Source: an uncultured virus (IMG/VR IMGVR_UViG_2667527788_000005) (taxonomy: Duplodnaviria > Heunggongvirae > Uroviricota > Caudoviricetes). From it: 64,000 bases of DNA. Position numbers and translations under genes: made by a program. Where the stretch lies: IMG/VR virus record IMGVR_UViG_2667527788_000005; one strand, given 5' to 3'. The notes under the pieces were generated by a model. The model searched no databases and was not told the DNA's origin. It worked only from the letters and a program-made list of their open reading frames with translations. Positions 19,326 through 26,790 of this stretch are shown one piece after another; position 1 is the stretch's first letter; the number at the start of each line of letters is the position of its first letter.

Positions 19326-19717
19326 TGACCGGAGACCGCCTCACCGAACAGCAGATCGCAGCCCTAGTAGACACCCAGCTGGTCGGACTGAACGACCAGT
19401 TTGTCGGCCGACGCCCGACCTGCCAGCACCCACAACACACGTGCAGGCGGGCGGTCACCGCGGTCGTCTCGGTACACGTCCTGGACAACTGCGACGGCGA
19501 GGAGGCAGACGAATTCGGCAACGAGGTGTTCCTGTTGTGCACGAATTGCGCACGGGCGCTGTGGATAGCGGCCCAGTGGGAGGTACGCGACCGCACGGTC
19601 GCCGCTACCCGTGCTGGCGTCATACCCATGTGCTCTACCTGCCAGGCGCCAGTGGCCAAGCCATCGCACATCGTCCGCGATTTACGCAAATACGAGGAGG
19701 TTTTCGATGCACCGTGA
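19325..19717 (+). CDS. Cys-rich hypothetical protein
   Basis: Coupled ORF, several CxxC. Confidence 0.62.
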   Translation: MTGDRLTEQQIAALVDTQLVGLNDQFVGRRPTCQHPQHTCRRAVTAVVSVHVLDNCDGEEADEFGNEVFLLCTNCARALWIAAQWEVRDRTVAATRAGVIPMCSTCQAPVAKPSHIVRDLRKYEEVFDAP

Positions 19718-20024
19718 GTGGACCCCGGAGCAGCTAAAGCGTTGGCGCATACGCAAAGCGCAGGACGGCGAACAGACACCCTGGCAGCGCCGGGACTGGT
19801 CCGCACTGCCCGACGACGTCCTGACCGCGTCGCCGCAATGGTGCATATGGCGGCCCTGGGAGCAACACCCCATTGCCTGTGTCGACACCCAGCAAGACGC
19901 CATCCGGCACGTCATCCTCCAATTGCAGAGCGCGTACCTACGCGCGGCCGAACGGGAGGAACTGGAGCGACAGGGCATGGAGCTAGCGCGCATCAACAAC
20001 CGATCGCGGGGGCTGGCGTCGTGA
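19707..20024 (+). CDS. Hypothetical protein
   Basis: RBS GGAGG. Confidence 0.62.
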   Translation: MHREWTPEQLKRWRIRKAQDGEQTPWQRRDWSALPDDVLTASPQWCIWRPWEQHPIACVDTQQDAIRHVILQLQSAYLRAAEREELERQGMELARINNRSRGLAS

Positions 20025-20629
20025 GTGTGCTTCTTGAGGCCCTGGCGCTATTCCTCGCGGCTAGTGGCGGATTCACCGCGTACCTGTTCACACTTGGACC
20101 GCGCCGACGCGGCAACCAGATCCAGATCTCCGGCGACAATTCCGTCGCGATCCAGACTGGCGGGACCATCACGGTGCAGGCCAGCCACGGCAGCATCGCC
20201 GCCCACACCATCGTCGGCGACGTGACTATCGGCGGCGGGCGTCGGGTCAGCGTCGAGCCGAACCCGTTAAGGCGCGCCCTGCTTGCCAGGTCTGGTGCCG
20301 GGCAGCCGCTGTTCATGGTCGGCGAGGTCGACTCTCCCGACGAGTTGCTCAGCATGGTCAACGCGGCCGACCACATCGGCAAGTGGTGGTGGGACCGCAC
20401 GAGCAAGGTCGCATACCTCTGGCTCGGCCAGGGCTACAAAGTCCTAGGCGCACCCGAGACAGCCAAACCGACACGACCCGACACCTACCGCGTATCTGAG
20501 TTCGCTGCCCAGTGCGCCTGCCCCCGTTGCGGATTCGTCAACACCCACTACATCCAGCCATGCACACAGGACCCCGGCTCCGTTACCCGGGAGTGCACGG
20601 AGTGTGGACAGACTTGGAGGCAGCAGTGA
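20021..20629 (+). CDS. Membrane-anchored protein with C-terminal Zn ribbon
   Basis: N-terminal TM; CPRC...RECTECGQTW. Confidence 0.62.
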   Translation: MSVLLEALALFLAASGGFTAYLFTLGPRRRGNQIQISGDNSVAIQTGGTITVQASHGSIAAHTIVGDVTIGGGRRVSVEPNPLRRALLARSGAGQPLFMVGEVDSPDELLSMVNAADHIGKWWWDRTSKVAYLWLGQGYKVLGAPETAKPTRPDTYRVSEFAAQCACPRCGFVNTHYIQPCTQDPGSVTRECTECGQTWRQQ

Positions 20630-21078
20630 CCTATCAGAGCGTACGTCTGGACGATCCGACCACCCCAGTTGCGTTGCACCGCAACGGTAAGAAGTGGCCA
20701 ATACCCTTCCGTCTGAACCTCGCACACGACGACTTTGTCCGCGCCAGGCTGACCGACACCCTGCACCCCGGCGACATCCTGGACCTGCCCTTCAACGTCA
20801 CCGGCACCATAGTGGAGATCGCCGTATGGCCGCCGAAAGCCCGCGACAACGACGGCCACTGGTTCGCACGCAAGACCCACCCATACCGAATCGCCCTGCA
20901 ATTCCACGCCTTCGATACCTGCCCCCAATGCGACACCCAGGCAGCACACCAGGTCGAGATACCCGAATACGAGACGTGGTGGGACAGTCCGCTAACCGCC
21001 GAGTTCCCGCACCGCAGGTACGTCCTCCGCACCTGCATCACATGCCGCAACTCATGGGAACAGGACGAGGCGCAATGA
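20626..21078 (+). CDS. Hypothetical protein with C-terminal Zn ribbon
   Basis: CPQC...RTCITCRNSW. Confidence 0.62.
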   Translation: MTYQSVRLDDPTTPVALHRNGKKWPIPFRLNLAHDDFVRARLTDTLHPGDILDLPFNVTGTIVEIAVWPPKARDNDGHWFARKTHPYRIALQFHAFDTCPQCDTQAAHQVEIPEYETWWDSPLTAEFPHRRYVLRTCITCRNSWEQDEAQ

Positions 21079-21380
21079 GCAGCGCAGGCGCTCCCGTCCT
21101 ATGCGGCTGCGGCCACTACACCCCGGACGTGGCCATGGTGATGCAGGGCTATGCCTGGACGTGCCCCGGATGCACGCGCCGCTGGGTCAAACATCAGGAC
21201 CGCATCTGGTTTCTAGAGCCGGGCCAGGATCTGCCCGTAACGGCCTGTCTCAGATGCGGTCAGCCGATAGACGACGACCAACGATGCATACCCGTCCTAA
21301 CCGGGCCACCCGTGCCAAACGTCCTTGTACCCAACCACGACTACATCCACCTCGACTGCCTGCTAGGAGTAACACTGTGA
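21075..21380 (+). CDS. Cys-rich hypothetical protein
   Basis: CGC..CPGC..CLRC..HLDC. Confidence 0.6.
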   Translation: MSSAGAPVLCGCGHYTPDVAMVMQGYAWTCPGCTRRWVKHQDRIWFLEPGQDLPVTACLRCGQPIDDDQRCIPVLTGPPVPNVLVPNHDYIHLDCLLGVTL

Positions 21381-22414
21381 CGCACCGTGATCCGCACCGC
21401 TGCGCGTTCGGACACCGATGCATAAACCACGACTGGTCAACCGTCGTCGACGAAGACGACCAACCGTCCGGCCAACTCATCGCCGACGGCGTCGTCTGCG
21501 GCGGCTGCCTAACCCGCCTCCGGTACGCCGTCAACGGCCTACCCCGGGACTGGGACCGACTACACGAGGGCATCGGCGAACGTGTGTACGTCGACCGAGC
21601 ACGCGTCACCATGACCGCCACCGCTGCCATCAACCTCAACACTCAACGTGATGCCCTCCAGCGCGACATCGTCGAGACCGCCGACCGGGCCGCGGAAATG
21701 GTGGAGCACGCGATGAACCTAACCGGCAGGCAGCGCCACGGCCGCCAAGGCTTCACCGTCCACCAACGTCAGGTAGTCGCCCGCTCAGCCGCCGTGATCA
21801 CCGAGAACCTAGACGTACTCCTGGCCCAGCCCGCCCAACCTATGCTCGTCTGGGGCCGAGTACCCGACGGCGACGAGGGCTGGCATCCCCAGCACGGGCA
21901 ACCCCGCCACCTCGTGGACCGAGACGGCGTCGACATCGCCCTCCAACTAATCGAGCTGTCCCGCAACGTCTACCAGGCCCTTGGCCTGCCCCGACTACGA
22001 CACCACTCCGCCATGCCCTGCCCCGCGGTCAAACGAGACGGCCAGCAGTGCGGCGCATACACCGTCGGCCGCTGGGACGGCACCAACCAATACGACTGCA
22101 CCACCTGCGGCCGGACATACGGCGAACGGGAATACCCCTGGCTCCAGCGCGGCGTCATCGACCTCATGCGCGAACTCGAAGAACGGGAGAAGAACATGCA
22201 ACTACTCGATCAAATGAAACACCTTCTCGCCGAGGCATACTGGCGCCTCGACGGCATCAACGACATGGTCCAGCGCGTCGCCGACGAGCCACTGCTGGAC
22301 GAGGCGGGCGCCGGACGCCTCGTTGTCGACAAAGTCAGCGCGATCCTCAACAGTGGACCGGTGCCGCACCAAACCCCGGAGCAACGCCAGACGACACCCG
22401 CGGGCACCCCGTGA
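21377..22414 (+). CDS. Zn-finger phage protein
   Basis: RBS AGGAG; VCGGC, PCP..CG, CTTCG. Confidence 0.7.
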   Translation: MTHRDPHRCAFGHRCINHDWSTVVDEDDQPSGQLIADGVVCGGCLTRLRYAVNGLPRDWDRLHEGIGERVYVDRARVTMTATAAINLNTQRDALQRDIVETADRAAEMVEHAMNLTGRQRHGRQGFTVHQRQVVARSAAVITENLDVLLAQPAQPMLVWGRVPDGDEGWHPQHGQPRHLVDRDGVDIALQLIELSRNVYQALGLPRLRHHSAMPCPAVKRDGQQCGAYTVGRWDGTNQYDCTTCGRTYGEREYPWLQRGVIDLMRELEEREKNMQLLDQMKHLLAEAYWRLDGINDMVQRVADEPLLDEAGAGRLVVDKVSAILNSGPVPHQTPEQRQTTPAGTP

Positions 22415-22764
22415 CAGAGGCCGCGGTCGAGGACCTGGATGTCATCGAAGCGCGGGTCTACCGCCGCTACGCCGAGACAGTCGCCGCCAGCATTCCCGGT
22501 ATGCCCGACTTCTCCAATTGGCTGGACACCCTGTCCCCACCAACCAAGTACACCGTCGACACCGCGCTGGTATGCCCCGGCACCGTCACGGAGGTTCCGC
22601 AGTTCCCGCCCGAACGCTGGATCACGTACCCGGCCCGGCGCCGCGTGTCCCTGATGCTGGCCGACGAGATGCTCAACCGCATCAACGACGGCAACACCGC
22701 CCACGACTGGCTCACCATGGCCGGAATCCTGCTGACCTTCGGGGGACGGAGCCGCGAGGCATGA
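22411..22764 (+). CDS. Hypothetical protein
   Basis: GTGA coupling. Confidence 0.6.
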   Translation: MTEAAVEDLDVIEARVYRRYAETVAASIPGMPDFSNWLDTLSPPTKYTVDTALVCPGTVTEVPQFPPERWITYPARRRVSLMLADEMLNRINDGNTAHDWLTMAGILLTFGGRSREA

Positions 22765-22848
22765 CGCCGCGTACCCGGCACCTGCTTCCATGGAACCCAG
22801 AGACGGGACACATCAACGTATCCCGCAGCCCAGCGATAGGGCACGACT

Positions 22849-23274
22849 ATGACTGACCAGAAAGTTTGGAAGTGGACAGGCGACAGCCGCGAGGACAAGG
22901 CGAAACGTGTCGCACTGTCCTACCGCCAGCTCCTTGAGGACGTCGCGGCCGGACGCATCAGCGACCCCATGCAGGCCCTCATCGAACGCGACAGGTACTG
23001 GCAAGACCTCGGCGTCTACTGGGCAGTGCCATCCGTCGCCCCCGTCGACCAGGAGGCGTGGTTGTCGGCCGCCGACCTCGTCATCCACCTCGCCCACATC
23101 GTCCAACTCACCGAGCACCAGGTCCGCAACTGGGCGTACCGGCGACGAAAAGGACTGGGCGACGGCATAACCGAGCGCACCGGGCCAGAAGGCAAACCGG
23201 AATACAACGTCGCCGACGTCCTTGCCTACCTCACCCGCCAACGCGTCCGACGACAGGGAGGCACAAGCGCATGA
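22849..23274 (+). CDS. MerR-like HTH DNA-binding protein (possible late regulator)
   Basis: WLSAADL...QVRNWAYR...GKPEYNVADVL. Confidence 0.65.
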   Translation: MTDQKVWKWTGDSREDKAKRVALSYRQLLEDVAAGRISDPMQALIERDRYWQDLGVYWAVPSVAPVDQEAWLSAADLVIHLAHIVQLTEHQVRNWAYRRRKGLGDGITERTGPEGKPEYNVADVLAYLTRQRVRRQGGTSA

Positions 23275-23615
23275 TCTGGGAACTATGGGCCACCCCGTCC
23301 GGCCAGATCTTCTGGCAGCTCGACAACTGGGGCGGCTTCTACAAATGCGAACCGCCCAGCAACGGCCGCGAGACGGTGGAGACGCTGCCCGCCGACGCCC
23401 GGCCACTGATCAACGACGGCAGGTGGATCACCGGCGTCATGGACGCCGCCGAAGACGAGGCCCAACGCCGCATCATGGAGCCCGACTGGCCAACCCAACG
23501 TGTAGAACGCCCCTACGAGAAAGCCCAGCGCCTGCGGTTTGAGCGGTACATGGCAGAGGTCAAGAGCATGACCGCAGCGGCCATCGCAACGCCCCAGAAT
23601 GGCGGAACGTCATGA
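23271..23615 (+). CDS. Hypothetical protein
   Basis: RBS GGAGG; ATGA coupling. Confidence 0.6.
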   Translation: MIWELWATPSGQIFWQLDNWGGFYKCEPPSNGRETVETLPADARPLINDGRWITGVMDAAEDEAQRRIMEPDWPTQRVERPYEKAQRLRFERYMAEVKSMTAAAIATPQNGGTS

Positions 23616-24046
23616 CCGGCATCGCCTTCGTCGACGTGACCCTGGCGTGGAAACGCATCGAGGACCGTTGGCATAAAGGCCGCTGGTTGTGGGTCGCCCA
23701 CCACCGCGACGACATCGGCGGGACCTACACCCTGCTGCCACGGACAACGGAGTACCGCCTCTGGGACCCGCCGACCAACACCACCACCGAGGTCGTCAAA
23801 CGCTGCTGGATCACTGAATACGCGCCCGGATCGCGCGACTGGGACGCTATTACGTCATCCCGGGACCTCTACTGCGGCAACGACCTACGCGCCGCCCGCA
23901 AGGCCGCTGAGAAACACCACGCAGAGACCCGCCGCCGTTCCGCGTGGGAACGCTACATGCGGAACAACGACCCGCCAGCACCCACAACCCCCGAGGAGCA
24001 GCAGCGGATGGACGCCCGTATCTACTGGCCGCCGGTCGACGTTTAG
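23612..24046 (+). CDS. Hypothetical protein
   Basis: Last gene of rightward early operon. Confidence 0.65.
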   Translation: MTGIAFVDVTLAWKRIEDRWHKGRWLWVAHHRDDIGGTYTLLPRTTEYRLWDPPTNTTTEVVKRCWITEYAPGSRDWDAITSSRDLYCGNDLRAARKAAEKHHAETRRRSAWERYMRNNDPPAPTTPEEQQRMDARIYWPPVDV

Positions 24047-24075
24047 TTGCTGGACAGTTCGGCCAACTATCCAGC

Positions 24076-24327
24076 TCAGCTCGTCAGAGGCTGATCTTCA
24101 AGCGCCTGTGCCGCCCTCTTAGCCTCGTTGAGTGTCTTCTCGTCAGCGATTTCGGACCAGCCAATCGCACCTGGTTCATGGACTAGTGCCTGCCATCTGT
24201 ACCCGCCATCCGCGGACTTGTAGCGCGCTAGCTCGTACTGCCTGCGGTAGGCGCCAATTTGCTTACCGCCGCCAATGGCGTCGTATAGGCCAGGGCGGAC
24301 TTGTTGCCACGGAAGCCTCTCGGCCAT
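24076..24327 (-). CDS. Hypothetical protein
   Basis: End of leftward operon; TLNEAKRAA motif. Confidence 0.6.
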   Translation of the reverse strand: MAERLPWQQVRPGLYDAIGGGKQIGAYRRQYELARYKSADGGYRWQALVHEPGAIGWSEIADEKTLNEAKRAAQALEDQPLTS

Positions 24328-24348
24328 CAAGCACGGGACCCTTCGTGT

Positions 24349-24600
24349 TCAGGCATCGACGCTTCCGTACTCGGCAGCGGTGCGTTGCGCGGCATGTAGA
24401 TTCGTGCCGCCAAGTCGCTCGGCTACGGCCCGCTTCGCTTCGCGGAGCCCATCCGCATTGGTGATGTGCTCACCGTTGACCTTGGTCACCCACATCCATT
24501 CGTTGCAGCCGATCATGCCTTCGCGCATGCGTACGGCGGTGGCGGTGTTGGAGCCGTCGGTGCCGGTCCAGCGGCCGGGCCGCTCGCACGTCCACTTCAT
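24349..24600 (-). CDS. Hypothetical protein
   Basis: RBS GGAGGT; GLREAKRAV motif. Confidence 0.62.
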   Translation of the reverse strand: MKWTCERPGRWTGTDGSNTATAVRMREGMIGCNEWMWVTKVNGEHITNADGLREAKRAVAERLGGTNLHAAQRTAAEYGSVDA

Positions 24601-24932
24601 CGCTGTACCTCCACATATGAGACGCCGTACGTTTCTATCTCGGGATGGTTGTCGAGTATTTCTGACCCGGTCGCGGGGTCGTAGTGCTCGATCGGGACGC
24701 CGACACCGCGCGCCCACTCAACCAAGGCCGCGGCGGCGCCTTCTGGCGTGACGTAGACGCCGATCCAACCGCCCCGATGCTCAATCAGTTCGAGTTGCGC
24801 GACCCACACCTTGGCTACTACGGCATATCCGGCGCGTTCGAGTGCGTCCAGCGCAGCATCTGCCTGTGGCCATCCACCGCCCAGGCTGTCCGCGATGATG
24901 TCGCGCGGTGCGGCGACGTCAGGGCCGGTCAC
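24597..24932 (-). CDS. Hypothetical protein
   Basis: Coupled; ADAALDALERAGYAVV. Confidence 0.62.
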   Translation of the reverse strand: MTGPDVAAPRDIIADSLGGGWPQADAALDALERAGYAVVAKVWVAQLELIEHRGGWIGVYVTPEGAAAALVEWARGVGVPIEHYDPATGSEILDNHPEIETYGVSYVEVQR

Positions 24933-25123
24933 GGTCGGATGTTCTGGCGTCGGACCTCGGCCAGTGTCTCGTCGACCATCTTGTCTGCCGCGTCGTTGGT
25001 CAGCCGGACGCCGTCGCCGACGAGGAATTCTTCTTTGTCGAGGTCGATGTCGTCGACGACCAGGTCATCGCCGAAGGTGAGGCGCTTGAGGTCGGCTTCG
25101 CTGTGACTGCTCATGAGGGTCAT
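24929..25123 (-). CDS. Putative antitoxin (acidic, possibly lacking RHH domain)
   Basis: Coupled downstream of toxin-like gene; DIDLDKEEF..DGVRLTNDAADKM. Confidence 0.5.
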   Translation of the reverse strand: MTLMSSHSEADLKRLTFGDDLVVDDIDLDKEEFLVGDGVRLTNDAADKMVDETLAEVRRQNIRP

Positions 25124-25371
25124 TGTGCCCCTCCTTTCCGGTACTTGGTGGGCATGGCGTGGATACATACCCAGGTCCAGTCCTGGGTGGCGTGTGGGAC
25201 CAGGATCAGCTCCAGCTCGACACCGGTGTCGTCGGTGCCGATGAAGTAGAGGCGCCAGATGCCGTCGCGGTTGTCGACGAGGAGCGGCATACCTGCGTTG
25301 CGGAGTGCCGACGTGACGCGGCGCTTGTTGGCGCGCATCCGCGCTTTCGCTGTGAGTATCACTCTTGCCAT
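25120..25371 (-). CDS. Putative BrnT/RelE-fold toxin
   Basis: 83 aa; YFIGTDDTGVELELILV...CIHAMPTKYR. Confidence 0.55.
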   Translation of the reverse strand: MARVILTAKARMRANKRRVTSALRNAGMPLLVDNRDGIWRLYFIGTDDTGVELELILVPHATQDWTWVCIHAMPTKYRKGGAQ

Positions 25372-25378
25372 GACTCAG

Positions 25379-25448
25379 AATGTATAGCGCACTATACGAA
25401 AGAACAAGCCTTAACGACCTTGCTTCTGTGTATAGCTCTGTATACGTT
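25379..25448. promoter_or_regulatory. Divergent leaderless promoters with palindromic operators
   Basis: Minus: TTGTTC-17-TACATT-7-ATG(25371); plus: TTGCTT-17-TACGTT-7-ATG(25456); GTATAGCGCACTATAC (25382) and GTATAGCTCTGTATAC (25430). Confidence 0.72.
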
Positions 25449-25455
25449 CCGAGTC

Positions 25456-25794
25456 ATGAAAAGCCTTTATGTAAAACGTATTGCCGTCATCGGTGCCGCC
25501 ATCGCGGCCCTAACGGTGCTCCCAACTGCGACCGCCTCCGCGTTTCCCGACCGTTGCCTGTATGCCGCGACAGACGCCAAGACCTGCCTGGGCGCCCGAC
25601 CGGCGCCCTTCACGCCAGCCGGTGGCGGCGGATACAAACCACCGGAGGACCCGGAATGCCCTGAGGGCCAGCACCGTCCATCTACAGCTCCGGCAGGTCC
25701 TCGCGCGGGCGAAACTGGAGGTAACAGCGCTGGTAGCGGGTCTGCTAGTAGCGGTGGTTCCTCGGCGAGCGGAGGAGCTGGCGCCGGACGGTGA
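25456..25794 (+). CDS. Secreted protein with Gly/Ser-rich tail
   Basis: Signal peptide ending TASA; three Cys. Confidence 0.72.
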   Translation: MKSLYVKRIAVIGAAIAALTVLPTATASAFPDRCLYAATDAKTCLGARPAPFTPAGGGGYKPPEDPECPEGQHRPSTAPAGPRAGETGGNSAGSGSASSGGSSASGGAGAGR

Positions 25795-25838
25795 TGGTCG
25801 CGGCTACCGAGCGGCTATACAGCCAAGCCTCAATCCTG

Positions 25839-25868
25839 TTGCAGCACCGCTATACCGCGGTATAGCTT
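25839..25868 (+). promoter_or_regulatory. Promoter/operator of Y RNA-Ro60 operon
   Basis: TTGCAG-18-TAGCTT overlapped by perfect palindrome GCTATACCGCGGTATAGC (25849-25866). Confidence 0.6.
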
Positions 25869-25894
25869 CGTTTTCAGACAACAAAACAACGGAC

Positions 25895-26013
25895 GACGTG
25901 AACAGAATGCAGGTCGGTTATCTCGGGGTACGCCCCCGTAGTTCAAGTTAGAACGCCCCGAGCCAAGCGGGGAAATGGAGCCAAACCCGCCCAGCGCCAA
26001 CCACGTTCACGTC
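25895..26013 (+). ncRNA. Y RNA-like unit 1 (acceptor, D and anticodon-like arms; no T arm)
   Basis: Terminal stem GACGTGAAC/GTTCACGTC; GGTCGGTTA motif; TA-GTTC-AAGTTA-GAAC D arm; CCCCG-AGCCAAG-CGGGG. Confidence 0.75.
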
Positions 26014-26042
26014 ACCCCCAGGCCACAACTACATAGACACCA

Positions 26043-26180
26043 GATGGTGCGAGCAGGACGCAGGTCGGTTACCACTTGTAATGGAGAGGTCGCGGGTTCG
26101 AGTCCCGCCAGCCAGCCCCCGGCTGTAGCTCAGTTGGCAGAGCGCTAAACCCCGGTCAGCACACACACGTTCGCCCCATC
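26043..26180 (+). ncRNA. yrlA: Y RNA-like unit 2 (YrlA-like permuted tRNA mimic)
   Basis: Terminal stem; GGTCGGTTA; CCA-CTTGTAA-TGG; T arm GCGGG-TTCGAGT-CCCGC; closed acceptor stem; D arm TAGCTCAGTTGGCAGAGC. Confidence 0.85.
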
Positions 26181-26206
26181 ACCCAACACAACTCCATGCA
26201 CAGCAC

Positions 26207-26339
26207 GGTGTGAACAGGACTTCGTTCGGTTATCTCCTTTCCTGAGAGAGACGCGGGTTCGAATCCCGCCAGCCATGAAAGTGGTTGTAGCTCAGCGGCC
26301 TAGAGCGCTAAACCCGGACGAAACCCACACGCTCACACC
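26207..26339 (+). ncRNA. yrlA: Y RNA-like unit 3 (YrlA-like)
   Basis: Terminal stem GGTGTGA/TCACACC; TCTC-CTTTCCT-GAGA; T arm GCGGG-TTCGAAT-CCCGC; acceptor stem capped by GAAA; D arm TAGCTCAGCGGCCTAGAGC. Confidence 0.85.
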
Positions 26340-26372
26340 ACCTCAAACACCAGCAGACGCATGCGTGCAGGC

Positions 26373-26509
26373 GGTGTGGACAGGACGCAGGTCGGTTACC
26401 AAAACAGTCAGGTGTGGGTTCGAGCCCCACCACCTCGCCCGCGGGGTGTAGCCCAATTGGTAGAGGCAATTGTCCACATAGGCCGGTCAGCACCCCACAC
26501 GCCCACACC
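26373..26509 (+). ncRNA. yrlA: Y RNA-like unit 4 (YrlA-like)
   Basis: Terminal stem GGTGTGG/CCACACC; T arm GTGGG-TTCGAGC-CCCAC; CACCTCG/CGGGGTG; D arm TAGCCCAATTGGTAGAGGC. Confidence 0.85.
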
Positions 26510-26537
26510 ACCTACGCGCACGCACGACAGACAACCC

Positions 26538-26658
26538 GATGTGAACAGGAAGCTCGGTCGGTTATCACTCAATTGGTTAATGCAGGTTCAATCCCTGTCG
26601 CCTGCACTTAGTGCGGGTGTAAAAGCGAAATCCCGGTCAGCACACACACGTTCACATC
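26538..26658 (+). ncRNA. Y RNA-like unit 5 (T arm and acceptor stem, D arm lost)
   Basis: Terminal stem GATGTGAAC/GTTCACATC; T arm GCAGG-TTCAATC-CCTGT; CGCCTGCAC/GTGCGGGTG. Confidence 0.8.
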
Positions 26659-26676
26659 ACCCGCCCAATAGCCCTC

Positions 26677-26767
26677 GCGGGTGGCACGAGCAGGATCGCA
26701 GTCGGTTACCCCACCCCTCGCAAGGATGACGAACCCCGGCAGCCCTTCACACGTTCGCGCCGCCCGC
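26677..26767 (+). ncRNA. Y RNA-like unit 6 (minimal, no tRNA module)
   Basis: 15-bp imperfect terminal stem; CAGGA, GTCGGTTAC, CCGG and CACACGTTC motifs retained. Confidence 0.7.
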
Positions 26768-26790
26768 ACCCTCTAACAAGGAGATGCACG

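Noticed and set aside
22761..22856. 31-aa ORF between 22411 and 22849 genes
   Set aside because: Coupled but very short with no recognisable features; cannot be supported.
26043..26509. Functional tRNA gene cluster
   Set aside because: T arms precede D arms, acceptor stems are closed by loops and there is no CCA end; these are permuted mimics, not chargeable tRNAs.
26308..26729. ORFs 26308..26511, 26361..26729 and 26414..26611
   Set aside because: No RBS or protein-like features; they overlap the ncRNA units.
25895..26767. CRISPR array
   Set aside because: Repeated parts are degenerate and split, inserts are structured tRNA-like sequences, and no cas genes are present.
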